A stretch of DNA of 64,000 nt from Vitrella brassicaformis CCMP3155. Lineage: Eukaryota; Protista; Chromerida. Positions within the stretch are counted from its first letter, which is position 1. Each line of letters starts with the position of its first letter. The notes beneath the pieces are model-generated. The model had not been told where the DNA came from. It did no database searches and was given only the letters and a program-made list of their open reading frames with translations. The stretch covers positions 62,001-126,000 of the forward strand of contig CDMY01000592.1 in NCBI GenBank assembly GCA_001179505.1. Reading direction: 5' to 3'. Below are positions 63,644 through 64,000 of the stretch, in pieces. The translations under genes and the position numbers were made by a program.

Positions 63644-64000
63644 CTACTCCTCCTCCTCCTCTCTGTGTCGCTTCTTCTTTTTCTTCTTCTGCCTCCTGCC
63701 CTCTCCCTCACCCTCACCAACCGCAGCAGCAGCAGCAGCGGCTGCTGCCTGCCGCCCTTCCGCCGCCTGTTCGGCAGCTGCCTCGCTCTCCATGTGCTTC
63801 TTTCTCTTTTTCTTTCTTTTGTCCTGGATGCGTTGGCCGGCCTCCTCGGCTGCCTCGTCGGCCGCCTTCCTCTTCCTCTTTGCCGGCTCCTGCTCCTCCT
63901 CACCTGCCGTGACGGCCGCCGCCGCAGCGGCGGCGGCGGCTGCCGGCTTTGGCCTGGGTCCCTTGACCCAGGTCATAGTGGGCTCCTCGACGCCCAAGGG
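63644..64000 (-). CDS. 3' end of a gene with a Lys/Glu/Ala-rich basic tail, typical of nuclear or nucleolar proteins; continues beyond the window
   Basis: ORF ...GVEEPTMTWVKGPRPKP...KRKKKRKKH...RRQKKKKKKRHREEEEE then stop. Confidence 0.55.
   Translation of the reverse strand, partial: PLGVEEPTMTWVKGPRPKPAAAAAAAAAAVTAGEEEQEPAKRKRKAADEAAEEAGQRIQDKRKKKRKKHMESEAAAEQAAEGRQAAAAAAAAAVGEGEGEGRRQKKKKKKRHREEEEE

Overview
Eukaryotic nuclear DNA: GC-rich, very intron-dense, with short GT-AG introns full of microsatellites and four 300-N assembly gaps. Style and gene families suggest the chromerid alga Vitrella brassicaformis (inference, not verified by search). All gene models were spliced by eye, so boundaries are approximate. 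Recognisable genes: a PCGF/BMI1-like RING-RAWUL protein, a PH-domain protein, a CDK-like kinase head-to-head with an FH2 formin, a single-domain voltage-gated cation channel with a TLDDWTD filter, a three-LNR-repeat protein and a tail-anchored nucleoredoxin. There are also several lineage-specific genes and pseudogenes. Four observations stand out. (1) A family of phase-0 exon modules encodes an unrecognised ~22-aa motif, joined by near-identical introns while the exons diverge; it forms a patchwork at 19.4-25.2 kb and an in-frame tail on the formin. (2) The channel sits between two copies of the leader of an intronless multi-TM gene and is in frame with that gene across one TAG. (3) Many introns have (AC)n-type repeats near the donor and complementary (GT)n-type repeats near the acceptor. 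(4) A ~600-bp element occurs as direct and inverted copies at 49.4-54.1 kb.
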